From: a virus
Taxonomy: Duplodnaviria > Caudoviricetes
Direction: 5' to 3' (one strand)
DNA: 64,000 bases
Virus record (IMG/VR): IMGVR_UViG_3300032782_000010
Span: 1,930 to 65,929 of that record
Positions 47,307 to 56,028 of the stretch are shown in pieces (the stretch's first letter is position 1; each line of letters opens with the position of its first letter). The notes below the pieces were generated by a model. That model worked only from the letters and a program-made list of their open reading frames with translations. It had not been told where the DNA came from and did no database searches. A program made the translations under genes and the position numbers.

Positions 47307-47377
47307 GATCTCGTCAGTCGCCGCGTAACGGCGAGACGCTCGAGCTCGCGAGAACTTCGCGAGTGAGCGTTTCGATC
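47307..47377 (-). ncRNA. type II hammerhead ribozyme
   Basis: Minus strand GAUC-GAAA-CGCUC-[ACUCGCGAAGUUCUCGCGAGCUC]-GAGCG-UC^UCGCCG-UUACG-CGGCGA-CUGACGA-GAUC. Confidence 0.95.
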
Positions 47378-47593
47378 TTGAATCTTTCTCGACGAGCGCC
47401 TAAGCTCTCGTCTCGCACCGAAGTTCAGCCTTACGGCCTCTCTCTTCGGTCTTGAGCTCTCCTGTCGGCGGCTACTTGAGGAATCTCCGTTTCGCGATCT
47501 ACTTCGGAGCTTGCATTCCCGTGGGGCTTATCCCACTCGGCGCTGACCGCCAGGAACTCCCGTAACTCCACTTGGCCCGTACTGCTATAAAGG

Positions 47594-47623
47594 ATAATAC
47601 TATTAACGATATTGCGATGTCCA
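47594..47623 (-). promoter_or_regulatory. sigma70-like promoter of the leftward operon
   Basis: Minus strand TGGACA-18 nt-TATTAT with AT-rich upstream DNA. Confidence 0.65.
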
Positions 47624-47687
47624 CTACTATTTTAGTGCGCATAAGTGCTTAAAAACGCTATAGTTACGAGATATTTACAAATAGAGC

Positions 47688-47717
47688 TTCCAATGCTGTT
47701 AAAACTATAGCTAGAAT
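47688..47717 (+). promoter_or_regulatory. possible rightward sigma70-like promoter
   Basis: TTCCAA-18 nt-TAGAAT; overlaps one arm of the inverted repeat GCTATAGTT (47657-47665)/AACTATAGC (47703-47711). Confidence 0.4.
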
Positions 47718-47727
47718 ACGTCTCGCC

Positions 47728-48111
47728 ATGGCGAAGACGACCAACGCGCTGGAAACGACGAGCTCGAGACCAGCCTCGTCACGCGCAAGCGACGCGCGCT
47801 CATATCGCGCAGGTGCGTTGGGAGTCAACTGGTGGAGAACGAAGAAGAGGTGCCACGACTGCCCGTTCAACGACCACGGCGAGGGGCTGGCCCTCAGGAA
47901 GTCTCTCGCGCGAGGTCGCTGGAAGCAGATAGTCGACAACCTCCGAAGTGAAGGTCACTTTCCCTGCCACAACACAGTAGAGTACGACGACGAGGGCGAA
48001 GCGATTCGCAAGAGTGGAGTCTTGTGCTCAGGCGCGATCGAGTGGCAGGTGAAGAACAACGGTCAGCCAGGGCAACTAGCGCGAATCATGGAAAGATTGG
48101 ATAGCAGATGA
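47728..48111 (+). CDS. Cys/His-rich hypothetical phage protein
   Basis: CHDCPF, FPCH, C.GA motifs. Confidence 0.65.
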   Translation: MAKTTNALETTSSRPASSRASDARSYRAGALGVNWWRTKKRCHDCPFNDHGEGLALRKSLARGRWKQIVDNLRSEGHFPCHNTVEYDDEGEAIRKSGVLCSGAIEWQVKNNGQPGQLARIMERLDSR

Positions 48112-48692
48112 GAGACTCGCAGCGAACTCGGGCTCAGAGCGCACACGACGCGACGCGCGTCGCGATAGCGACGACTTCGTACTCGAAGTTCGAGAACCCG
48201 TTCGAGGCGTCGCAGACGTTTCTCGACCGCGTGACGCGCTCTCGCTGGTTCATCAACCGCTTCCGCGAGAAGGCGAGCCTCGGCTTCGTAATTAAACCGC
48301 TCGAGACGAATGCGAACGTCATCCGCCTGAGCTGGTCGTGGGAGTCTATCGCCATACGGCGAACGAGGTACAAGACGTGTCTCTTCCCCGTACTCTTCAT
48401 GCCCACGTGGGAGCTAGACGAGCTGACGATACTCCACGTCGTCGCTCACGCGCTGACGTCGAACGAGCACACCAGGGAGTGGGCGAAGACGTTCTTGAGA
48501 CTCACCGCCCACGTACTCGGACGCGAGAGCGCGACGACGCTGCGCGAGAACTTCAGGAGGCATCGCGTACGGTGGTACCCGAAGCGCACGCTCTCGAGCG
48601 ACGAGCTCGCTCGGCTGAGAGCGAGGGCGAAGGCGGTGCTCGTTCCGTTTCGCGAGAGGCCGGAGATAGAGTACGGCGGAGGTGGCGCGTGA
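48108..48692 (+). CDS. metallopeptidase-like protein (degenerate HExxH)
   Basis: MRDSQR N-terminus; ILHVVAHAL...H..EWA..F. Confidence 0.55.
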   Translation: MRDSQRTRAQSAHDATRVAIATTSYSKFENPFEASQTFLDRVTRSRWFINRFREKASLGFVIKPLETNANVIRLSWSWESIAIRRTRYKTCLFPVLFMPTWELDELTILHVVAHALTSNEHTREWAKTFLRLTAHVLGRESATTLRENFRRHRVRWYPKRTLSSDELARLRARAKAVLVPFRERPEIEYGGGGA

Positions 48693-48810
48693 TCGTAGAT
48701 TGCGACGACGTAGATGAGCTCGAGGCGGCCGCCGACGCGTATGACGCGCTCGTCCGCGGAGACTTCTACGAGCGCCACGAGAAGGCGCTGGAAGATTTAA
48801 GAGAGAAAAA

Positions 48811-50367
48811 GTGATCGAGATAAACCAGTCCCGCTTCCGTTCGCCGCGCCCATTCAAGCACCAGCTCGAGGGCGTACGAGCGCTCGTTCGCCATAAGGCG
48901 TTCTTCCTTGGCGACGCTCCTCGCACGTGCAAGTCTCGCCAGGTCGTCGACGCGGCCTGCGTGCTCTTCGACGCCGGCGAGATCGACCTGGTACTAGTGG
49001 TCTGCCCGGTCGCGGCTCGCATCGTCTGGGGCGACAAGAAGCTAGGTCAGGTGAGGCTCTACTCGTGGGTCAAGAACAGGGTCCACGAGTTTCACGCTCG
49101 CCCGAGAGACCTCTGGGAGGACGAGACGGACCAGTCGAAGAGCCTCTACGCCGACCAGAAAGATAGGCTGCAGTGGGTCGTGACGAACTACGACTTCATA
49201 CGGAGCGAGAAGAACCTCAGACTGCTCGTCGAGCGTCTGGCGGCCTACCAGAGGCCGATGCTCGTACTCGACGAGTCGAGCGCGATAGGGAATCAGGCGT
49301 CGCTCCAGTCGAAGGCGATCGCCTCCCTGAGGAAGCTCTGCTTGCGCGTCGTCATGCTAAACGGGACGCCCGGCGACCCGCCGAAGCTGTGGTCTCAGTT
49401 CAACATACTCGACGACGTCCTCTCGAGGCGCTACAAGACGTTCACGTCGTTTCGGTGGCGCTACGCGACGTGGGATAAGACTGGGACGATGCGTCCAGTG
49501 AAGGGCAAGAACGGTCAGAAGGGCGGCATGAAGCTCGTTCATACGCAGGTCGGCTGGAAGGACCTCGACAAGCTCTCGAGGATACTCTCGCCGTACTGCC
49601 TGCGCCGCGAACGCAAGGACTGCCCCGAGCTACGAAACATACCGATCTCTTACGACCTCAAGGAGGTGGCGCTCGACAGGGCGACGTGGAAGTGGTACCA
49701 GCAGCTGAAGCGCGAGGCGATAATCGAGCTCTCGAAGACGGAAGTCTACATGTCGACCAACGCCGGAGTCAGGCTCATGCGTCTAGCCCAGCTGACGAGC
49801 GGCCACCTCGGCGGGTTCGAGGACCCAGAGAACGCCGTACGAGACCTCTCGAGCGAGAAGCTCGAGTTCACGCTCGAGCTCCTGTGCAACTCGACGGCTA
49901 CGAACTTTATCGTCTGGTGCCGCTGGACGCGCGAGCGCGAGCGTCTCTCGAGACTGCTCGCCGCCGACGGCTTCGTCGTCTACCAGCTCTACGGCGGACA
50001 GAGGCGAGACGAGCGGCGCGAGGCCGAGATGATCTTCGCCGACGGCGGCGCTCACCTCGAGCAGGATGGCCGACGAAGGGTGATGGTCGCTCAGCCTGCT
50101 GCTGGTGGGATAGCGCTCGACATGAGTGCGGCGAGCGAGGTCTACCGTCTCTCGAACGACTACAGCTTGAAGACGCTCGAGCAGAGCGACGACCGGCCGC
50201 TCGGTCCGGCCCAGAAGGCCGACGTGGTACTGTACACGGACGTTCTAGCTACGGGCCCGGACGGGCAACGAACGATAGACCATATAGTAGTCACCGCCCT
50301 GAGAGAGAAGAGGAGTCTAGCCCGGATGACGGTCTCTGAGTGGAGGAAGGAACTCGAGGATGAGTAG
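48811..50367 (+). CDS. SNF2-family helicase
   Basis: FKHQ, LVVCP, VTNYD, LDESS, LNGTP, LWSQF, QPAAGGIALD, QSDDR. Confidence 0.88.
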   Translation: MIEINQSRFRSPRPFKHQLEGVRALVRHKAFFLGDAPRTCKSRQVVDAACVLFDAGEIDLVLVVCPVAARIVWGDKKLGQVRLYSWVKNRVHEFHARPRDLWEDETDQSKSLYADQKDRLQWVVTNYDFIRSEKNLRLLVERLAAYQRPMLVLDESSAIGNQASLQSKAIASLRKLCLRVVMLNGTPGDPPKLWSQFNILDDVLSRRYKTFTSFRWRYATWDKTGTMRPVKGKNGQKGGMKLVHTQVGWKDLDKLSRILSPYCLRRERKDCPELRNIPISYDLKEVALDRATWKWYQQLKREAIIELSKTEVYMSTNAGVRLMRLAQLTSGHLGGFEDPENAVRDLSSEKLEFTLELLCNSTATNFIVWCRWTRERERLSRLLAADGFVVYQLYGGQRRDERREAEMIFADGGAHLEQDGRRRVMVAQPAAGGIALDMSAASEVYRLSNDYSLKTLEQSDDRPLGPAQKADVVLYTDVLATGPDGQRTIDHIVVTALREKRSLARMTVSEWRKELEDE

Positions 50368-50569
50368 AGAGAAGAAGATACGCTGCGTCTGCGGGATGCG
50401 AATCACGACGTGGCAGCAGCCGTTTCACGAGAGGAGCACGTGGCACAGGAACTGGGAGCTCATCCGGCGCTGCGTCGAGGCCGGCATGAACAACGCCCAG
50501 ATCGCTGGCGCCATCGGGGCGTCGAGCGCGTACGTCAGCACCAGGCTGCGCCAGATGAACAAGAAGTAG
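50360..50569 (+). CDS. small HTH protein
   Basis: GMNNAQIAGAIGASSAYVS. Confidence 0.6.
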   Translation: MSREKKIRCVCGMRITTWQQPFHERSTWHRNWELIRRCVEAGMNNAQIAGAIGASSAYVSTRLRQMNKK

Positions 50570-50578
50570 GAGCTAACG

Positions 50579-51136
50579 ATGACGAAGAGAGAGAAGAAGG
50601 ACCTGAAGAGAAAGCTGCCGAAGTTTCGTCAGGAAGAGGGCTGGCAGCGCGAGATCGACGACGCGAAGCGCGCGATACTCGGGCTGAAGAAGAGCCAGAG
50701 CGTCGACGACGCGAACGTCGCGAACGCGAACGTCGCGAGGCTCTCCAGAAAGGTCGTCTCGTCGATGGTCGCGAAGAAGGACCTCGAGCGGGAGCTTCAC
50801 ATCGTCAATACCGACCTCGAGGCGCTCAACCAGATCATGGCGAGCATACTCGATGGCGCGGAGCAGGAGAGCGTGAAGCTCTCTAGCGGCGTCACGATCT
50901 ACCTGAAGCGCACCGTCTATCCTACGATCGTCGACAAGTCGAGGTTCTTCGCGTACCTCAAGCGCTCGCTCTCGAAGGAGGAGCTCTTCGGTATGCTCAG
51001 CGTCCACCCCTCGACGTTCAAGAGCTTCGTGACGGAGCTGCTCGAGAACGGGCACGACGACCCGCCGGGGACTAAGGTCTTCACCAAGGTCTCGGCAGGC
51101 TGTCTCGGCATAGGCAAGCTCATAGGAGGTGAGTGA
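50579..51136 (+). CDS. phage replication-module protein (gp33-like)
   Basis: Coiled coil followed by VHPSTFKSFV.E...PPG. Confidence 0.6.
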   Translation: MTKREKKDLKRKLPKFRQEEGWQREIDDAKRAILGLKKSQSVDDANVANANVARLSRKVVSSMVAKKDLERELHIVNTDLEALNQIMASILDGAEQESVKLSSGVTIYLKRTVYPTIVDKSRFFAYLKRSLSKEELFGMLSVHPSTFKSFVTELLENGHDDPPGTKVFTKVSAGCLGIGKLIGGE

Positions 51137-51618
51137 TGGCAGGATGGTGGCGCGAGCTGAGGAACTACTGGAGAGCCAGGCCGGTGCCAGACGACGGGTG
51201 CTACTGCGGCGCGTGCAGCGAAGCGAGGATCGTCGCTAAGCTGAATCTCGTCTTGACGGTCATCTACCAAGGTCACGCGGCGGTAGATAAAATCGCGTGC
51301 GCTATTACGAACATCCAGAACGCGATCGGGGCGTTCAGAAAGGAGGTGCTAGATAAGATGTCAGAACAAGGAGACGCGATTCAGCAGGAGCTAACTACTC
51401 TCGAGCAGAAGGTGGCGGCGGCGAAGGCGTCGTCCGACAAGATCGTCGCGGACGTGGAGGCGCTCATCGCGAAGGTCAACGCCGGCGGCGGAGTCACGGC
51501 CGACGAGCTGAGCGCGATCATCGGTCACGCTCAGGCGATCGGGGGCGTAGTCGACACGATCGCGACGCAGGAGACGGCGGCGGACGCTACGGCGAACCCG
51601 CCTACGCCGGGTCAGTAG
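51136..51618 (+). CDS. coiled-coil hypothetical protein (possible internal start at 51358)
   Basis: GGAGG RBS; internal AAGGAGG. Confidence 0.55.
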   Translation: MAGWWRELRNYWRARPVPDDGCYCGACSEARIVAKLNLVLTVIYQGHAAVDKIACAITNIQNAIGAFRKEVLDKMSEQGDAIQQELTTLEQKVAAAKASSDKIVADVEALIAKVNAGGGVTADELSAIIGHAQAIGGVVDTIATQETAADATANPPTPGQ

Positions 51619-51676
51619 ATGTAGAATCACCGAGGGGCGGCGGCGACCGCCCCGAGAAAAAAAAGGAGAGACCGTC

Positions 51677-51949
51677 GTGTCCAACAAGAAGACGAAGAGA
51701 AAGAAGGTCGGGAAGGGCAAGAAGAAGGTTCGCAGGCCGAAGCGCCGCTCTATCGCTAAGGACCTTAACGAGACGAAGAACACCGTGATAATGGAGCCGC
51801 CGAAGGGCGACGAGCTCGTCGAAGAGCTGAGCCAAGAAGCTGGCGAAGAGCCGGCAGAGGAGACGTCCGACGAGGAAACTTTCGTTGACTCCGACGACGA
51901 AGACTTGAGAAAGCTCGCCGGAGACCGTCCTCCAGAGAGCGAGCTCTGA
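51677..51949 (+). CDS. basic-then-acidic small protein
   Basis: AAGGAG RBS; Lys-rich N-terminus, Glu/Asp-rich C-terminus. Confidence 0.6.
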   Translation: MSNKKTKRKKVGKGKKKVRRPKRRSIAKDLNETKNTVIMEPPKGDELVEELSQEAGEEPAEETSDEETFVDSDDEDLRKLAGDRPPESEL

Positions 51950-51954
51950 GCGCC

Positions 51955-52200
51955 ATGTCGCTCGTAGAGAACAAGACGTTCCAGTCGATGCTCGAGGAGC
52001 TCGCCGCCGAGGGCGCGTGTCGCGTCGTCGACAGGCGCGACGCTTCGACGCGGTCGCGACTCCACGCTCATAACTGCTCGGTGTGCGGCCTGCTCAGGAC
52101 GTGCTCTCAGGAGCCGTGCGAGTTTCGCGGGCGCGAGGGGCAAGACAACTCCGCAGGGTGGACGTGCTACGCCTGCGACGACGCGAGCGCGCTCACGTGA
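51955..52200 (+). CDS. Cys-rich hypothetical protein
   Basis: CSVC...CYAC. Confidence 0.5.
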   Translation: MSLVENKTFQSMLEELAAEGACRVVDRRDASTRSRLHAHNCSVCGLLRTCSQEPCEFRGREGQDNSAGWTCYACDDASALT

Positions 52201-52363
52201 GTCGCTCGAGCGCGACGACCAGCTGGCGAGATACGGCGAGCGCGCTCCTCGTCGTCGCCGGCATAGTCCTGGTCTCGTTCCTGATATTCATATTCTCACC
52301 CAGGTGAGTCAACAAGGCAATCGCGCGCCGGGAAGCGCGACGCAAGAAGAAGAGGGAGAACCA

Positions 52364-53413
52364 ATGAGTAAAGAACCACCAAGAAAGCCAGTCCAGCAGC
52401 AGCAGCGTCCGGCGCAACGTCCGGCTCCTGCTCAGCAGCAGCGTCCGGCGCAGACCCAGAGCAGGCCGGCGGGCGCAGTCGTCAAGCACGAGCCTCAGGC
52501 CCAGCAGGTACAGAAGTACAAGCTCCCAGACTATCTCAGGCCGAAGGGCGGAGTCATAATGGGCGGCGAGGAGGTCTCGAGTCGCGACATCGTCCAGCCG
52601 CGGATAACGATCTGCCAGTCGAACTCTCCGCAGAGGAAGCAGAGCAGCGACAAGTACATCGACGGGCTGCAGGAGGCCGACTACTTCAACACGCTAGGCT
52701 TTCGCTACGGACCTACGCTGCTCGTCGTCCCCGTCTTCTTCTTCACGAGCAACATCAGGTTCATGGACTACGAGGAGGGCGGCGGCATACTCTGTCAGGC
52801 TCAGGACGGCAAGAACGGGTTCGGCGACCCGGGCGGCGAGTGCATGCGCTGCTCGATCGGGCCGATACTCGGGTGGAGCGACGACGGTAAGGGAAAGCGT
52901 CGGCCGCCGGAGTGCACGGAGTTCAAGAACTACGCCTGCATCGTCGTCCCGCGCGACCGCATGCCGTCGACCGAGGACGTCGCCGTCTTCTCGATGAAGA
53001 CGACCGGCATCGCCCAGTCGAAGCAGTGGACGTCGAAGCTGCTCACTGCGAAGATGCACTACTGGTCTCGCATCTGGGAGCTGTCGACCGTCGAGAAGAC
53101 GAACGAGAAGGACCAGTCGTGGTTCTCGCCCGTGGTAAAGCTCTACGACGGCGAGCGCGTGCCGGCGTCGATCGCCGACAAGAGCATCCCGCCGTACTTC
53201 GTGAACGAAGAGATGCATCGGATCGGCCACGAGTCGTATCAGGCCGTGATGGACCTGCGCAAGCAGGGCAAGCTCAAGGTCGACGTCAGCGACCTCGCCG
53301 AGGAGCAGGTGCGCGAGCCGGGCGCCGACGAGCACATCGACGGAGAAGTCGTCGACGCCGAGACGTTCGACCCCGAGCAGATCGAGGAGAACGAACGGAG
53401 GCGTGGCCGGTAG
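52364..53413 (+). CDS. putative ssDNA-binding/annealing protein
   Basis: DIVQPRITICQSNSPQ, SMKTTG...SKQW, NEKDQSWF; acidic C-terminal tail; GGGAGAACCA RBS. Confidence 0.65.
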   Translation: MSKEPPRKPVQQQQRPAQRPAPAQQQRPAQTQSRPAGAVVKHEPQAQQVQKYKLPDYLRPKGGVIMGGEEVSSRDIVQPRITICQSNSPQRKQSSDKYIDGLQEADYFNTLGFRYGPTLLVVPVFFFTSNIRFMDYEEGGGILCQAQDGKNGFGDPGGECMRCSIGPILGWSDDGKGKRRPPECTEFKNYACIVVPRDRMPSTEDVAVFSMKTTGIAQSKQWTSKLLTAKMHYWSRIWELSTVEKTNEKDQSWFSPVVKLYDGERVPASIADKSIPPYFVNEEMHRIGHESYQAVMDLRKQGKLKVDVSDLAEEQVREPGADEHIDGEVVDAETFDPEQIEENERRRGR

Positions 53414-53537
53414 GCTAGAAGAAGGCGAGCGAAGTCGCTCGCCTGGGACGTCGAAGAGGAGTCTTCTCGTCAGGAAGCGAACAGGCCGAGCGCTCTCTCT
53501 CGGCCATCTTCTTCGACGTCGCAGAGGAGCGACTTAT

Positions 53538-53729
53538 ATGAGGGTGACGTTCGAGATAACGAGCAAGGAGATCGAGGGGCTCCTCTTGGGATACGTCCTA
53601 GAGAAGCTAGGTCCTGGCGCGAAGATAGAGAAGAGTGACCTGAAGATTCTTGTCCGCTCAAAGCAGAACTATCGAAATAACGAGTGGGAGAAGGGCGAGC
53701 TTAGCGTGAAGTTCGACGGTGACGTATGA
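53538..53729 (+). CDS. hypothetical protein
   Basis: GAGGAG RBS. Confidence 0.55.
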   Translation: MRVTFEITSKEIEGLLLGYVLEKLGPGAKIEKSDLKILVRSKQNYRNNEWEKGELSVKFDGDV

Positions 53730-53911
53730 CGTTCGAGATGCTGCAGCAGGTACTCATGACCCATAAGCTGCTTCACGAGTTCTCAGTCGTAGGAGCGGGG
53801 CCGCAGACGAAGCTCGTCGGCGTCAAGTGCTCGTGCGGAGCGCCTTTTCTTCGCGACGAGCAGTGGGCGAGACACGTAGCAGAGATCATAGTGATGGAGG
53901 GCAGCGAGTGA
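53726..53911 (+). CDS. hypothetical protein
   Basis: ATGA overlap; CSCG...HVAE. Confidence 0.55.
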   Translation: MTFEMLQQVLMTHKLLHEFSVVGAGPQTKLVGVKCSCGAPFLRDEQWARHVAEIIVMEGSE

Positions 53912-54055
53912 GCGTTAACCTGGGAGAGCTCGAGAAGTTGCTCGAGAACGCCGAGAAGCAGAAGAAGACGATCTACTTCGTCAACGACCAGACGTTCAAA
54001 GAGATAATGATACTGACGCAGCTACGGATAATCGAGCTGCTGGAGAAGCTAGTCG

Positions 54056-55240
54056 ATGGAAAACACGATACAGTGCCCGAAGTGCAAGGCGAAGATACAG
54101 CTCACCGAGGCGGTGGTAGCCCAGGTGAGAGAGGAGCTGGAGCAGCAGCACGCCGAGGCCCTCGTCAGGGCCAGGGCTGAGGTCGAGGCGTCGGCTAGCC
54201 AGAAGTACGCGCGAGAGCTCGCGCGCGTCAACAGAGAGGCTAGCGTCGCCAGCCAGGAGGCCGTACGGCTGGCTAACGACCGCGTCGCGCAGGCAGAGGC
54301 CGAGAAGCTGGAGCTCAACGCCAAGCTGGGCGCTGCGCAGCGCGACCAGGCCGAGGCTCTCAGGATGAAGCGCGAGCTCGAAGACTCTAAGCGCGAGCTC
54401 GACCTGACGATCGAGCGCCGGGTCGCCGAGGAGAAGACTAGCATCCAGACGGCTGCGCGTCGCGAGGCGGAGAAGGACTTACGGCTCGACCTCTCAGAGC
54501 GCGACCTGCTAATCTCGTCGCTCAACGACCGCATCGCGGACCTCCAGCAGAAGGTCACTCAGGGCTCGCAGCAGCTTCAGGGCGAGGTGCTCGAGCTCGA
54601 CGTCGAGGCGACGCTACGCGCGGAGTTCCCGCTCGACGAAACGACTCCGGTGCCTAAGGGCGTTCACGGCGGGGACATCGTTCACCACGTTCACAACCAG
54701 AGCCGCGTACGTTGCGGCGCGATCCTCCTCGAGGTCAAGCGGACGAAGAACTTCGGCGGCGACTGGCTGGTTAAGCTCAGGAACGACACGCGCGAGGCGA
54801 AGGCCGACGTCTCGCTGCTTATAACGCAGGTTCTCCCCGAGGGCGTCGAGACGTTCGGTCTCGTCGAGAACGTCTGGGTCGCTTCGCCTAAGTACCTCGT
54901 CCCACTCGTCGCGTGCCTGCGACGTACGTTAATCGAGCTGCGCGCGGCGCGCGCGGCGGCCGACGGTCAGGCGGACAAGGCGATGCTCGTCTACAACTAC
55001 CTCACGGGGGCGGGGTTCCGGCACCGGGTCGAGGCGCTCGTCGAGCGCTACGGCGAGCTCCGCGACGACCTCGAGCGCGAGCAGAAGATGATGGTGAAGC
55101 AGTGGGCGAAACGCGCCGAGACTCTTCGCCAGGTGATGGATACCACGGTGGGTCTCTACGGAGACCTGCAGGGGATAGCCGGAAAGTCCCTCGCGGACGC
55201 GCCGAGCCTCGAGCTCCCGGCGCTTCCAGAGATTCGGTAA
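54056..55240 (+). CDS. DUF2130 domain protein
   Basis: IQCPKC, coiled coil, QGSQQLQGEVLEL, VPKGVHGGD, EVKRTKNF, YGDLQGIAG. Confidence 0.9.
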   Translation: MENTIQCPKCKAKIQLTEAVVAQVREELEQQHAEALVRARAEVEASASQKYARELARVNREASVASQEAVRLANDRVAQAEAEKLELNAKLGAAQRDQAEALRMKRELEDSKRELDLTIERRVAEEKTSIQTAARREAEKDLRLDLSERDLLISSLNDRIADLQQKVTQGSQQLQGEVLELDVEATLRAEFPLDETTPVPKGVHGGDIVHHVHNQSRVRCGAILLEVKRTKNFGGDWLVKLRNDTREAKADVSLLITQVLPEGVETFGLVENVWVASPKYLVPLVACLRRTLIELRAARAAADGQADKAMLVYNYLTGAGFRHRVEALVERYGELRDDLEREQKMMVKQWAKRAETLRQVMDTTVGLYGDLQGIAGKSLADAPSLELPALPEIR

Positions 55241-55257
55241 AAGGAGAAAAAAACGAC

Positions 55258-56028
55258 ATGTCGATACTCTCAGCCCTCTTCTCGTCACGACCAGTCTTCC
55301 TCGTAAGCTTCTTGCTCCTGTTTCTCGTCTTCCTCGCCGACGCAATCCTCTGCGTCCGCGCTGAGCGGCGCGTAGGGCGCAGGTGGTGGCTACGACTCCC
55401 GCTCGGCGGGTTCGTCGCGCTCGCCAAGTTCGGTCTCCGCATCGTAGTTCTCACCCTATTCTTCTTCATGTTCGCGGTCATGGCACAGGGGCAGGGCGTC
55501 ATCATCGCGCCGCAGTACCCGCCTCTCCCTGACGCCCCCGTGCCTAAGCCTGCCGCGAGCGAGCCGTTCGCGCCGAACAAGGAGAAGTGCTCGACGCACG
55601 ACCGGCAACTCAAGAAGCCTTGGACCTGGCTCGAGTCCAACATGTGCGACGCTGACTACCAGGCCTGGGTGAGGCCGCGCTTAGGCGATCGCTGGTACAA
55701 GGACAAGACGTGGTGGGCCGGTGAGACGCTCGGCGTTCTCCTGCCTCTCGCACTCGACGCCGACTCGACGATCAGGAACCAGAGCCAGGGCTGCATCGAG
55801 AGCAACCCGCTACTTGGCTCTCACCCGTCGAACGCAAAGATAATCGGGGTGACCGTCGTCGGAGCAGGAATCCAGACGACGCTCTACTGGCTCTCGTACC
55901 GGCTCTCGCACAACGACCCGTCGCGAACGTGGCGCATCATCGGGCAGCTCGGTGTCCCCGCGGCCGTGTGGTCGACCAACGGACGGTCGGCGATAAACAA
56001 CTACCAGCTTCACTGTGGTGGAAGATGA
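55258..56028 (+). CDS. membrane protein with LPDAP motif
   Basis: AAGGAG RBS; transmembrane segments; LPDAPV; ESNPLLGSHPS. Confidence 0.7.
   Translation: MSILSALFSSRPVFLVSFLLLFLVFLADAILCVRAERRVGRRWWLRLPLGGFVALAKFGLRIVVLTLFFFMFAVMAQGQGVIIAPQYPPLPDAPVPKPAASEPFAPNKEKCSTHDRQLKKPWTWLESNMCDADYQAWVRPRLGDRWYKDKTWWAGETLGVLLPLALDADSTIRNQSQGCIESNPLLGSHPSNAKIIGVTVVGAGIQTTLYWLSYRLSHNDPSRTWRIIGQLGVPAAVWSTNGRSAINNYQLHCGGR

Noticed and set aside
53461-53480. CTGACGA on the minus strand in the structured gap
   Set aside because: It sits in a small hairpin loop; the rest of the hammerhead core is absent
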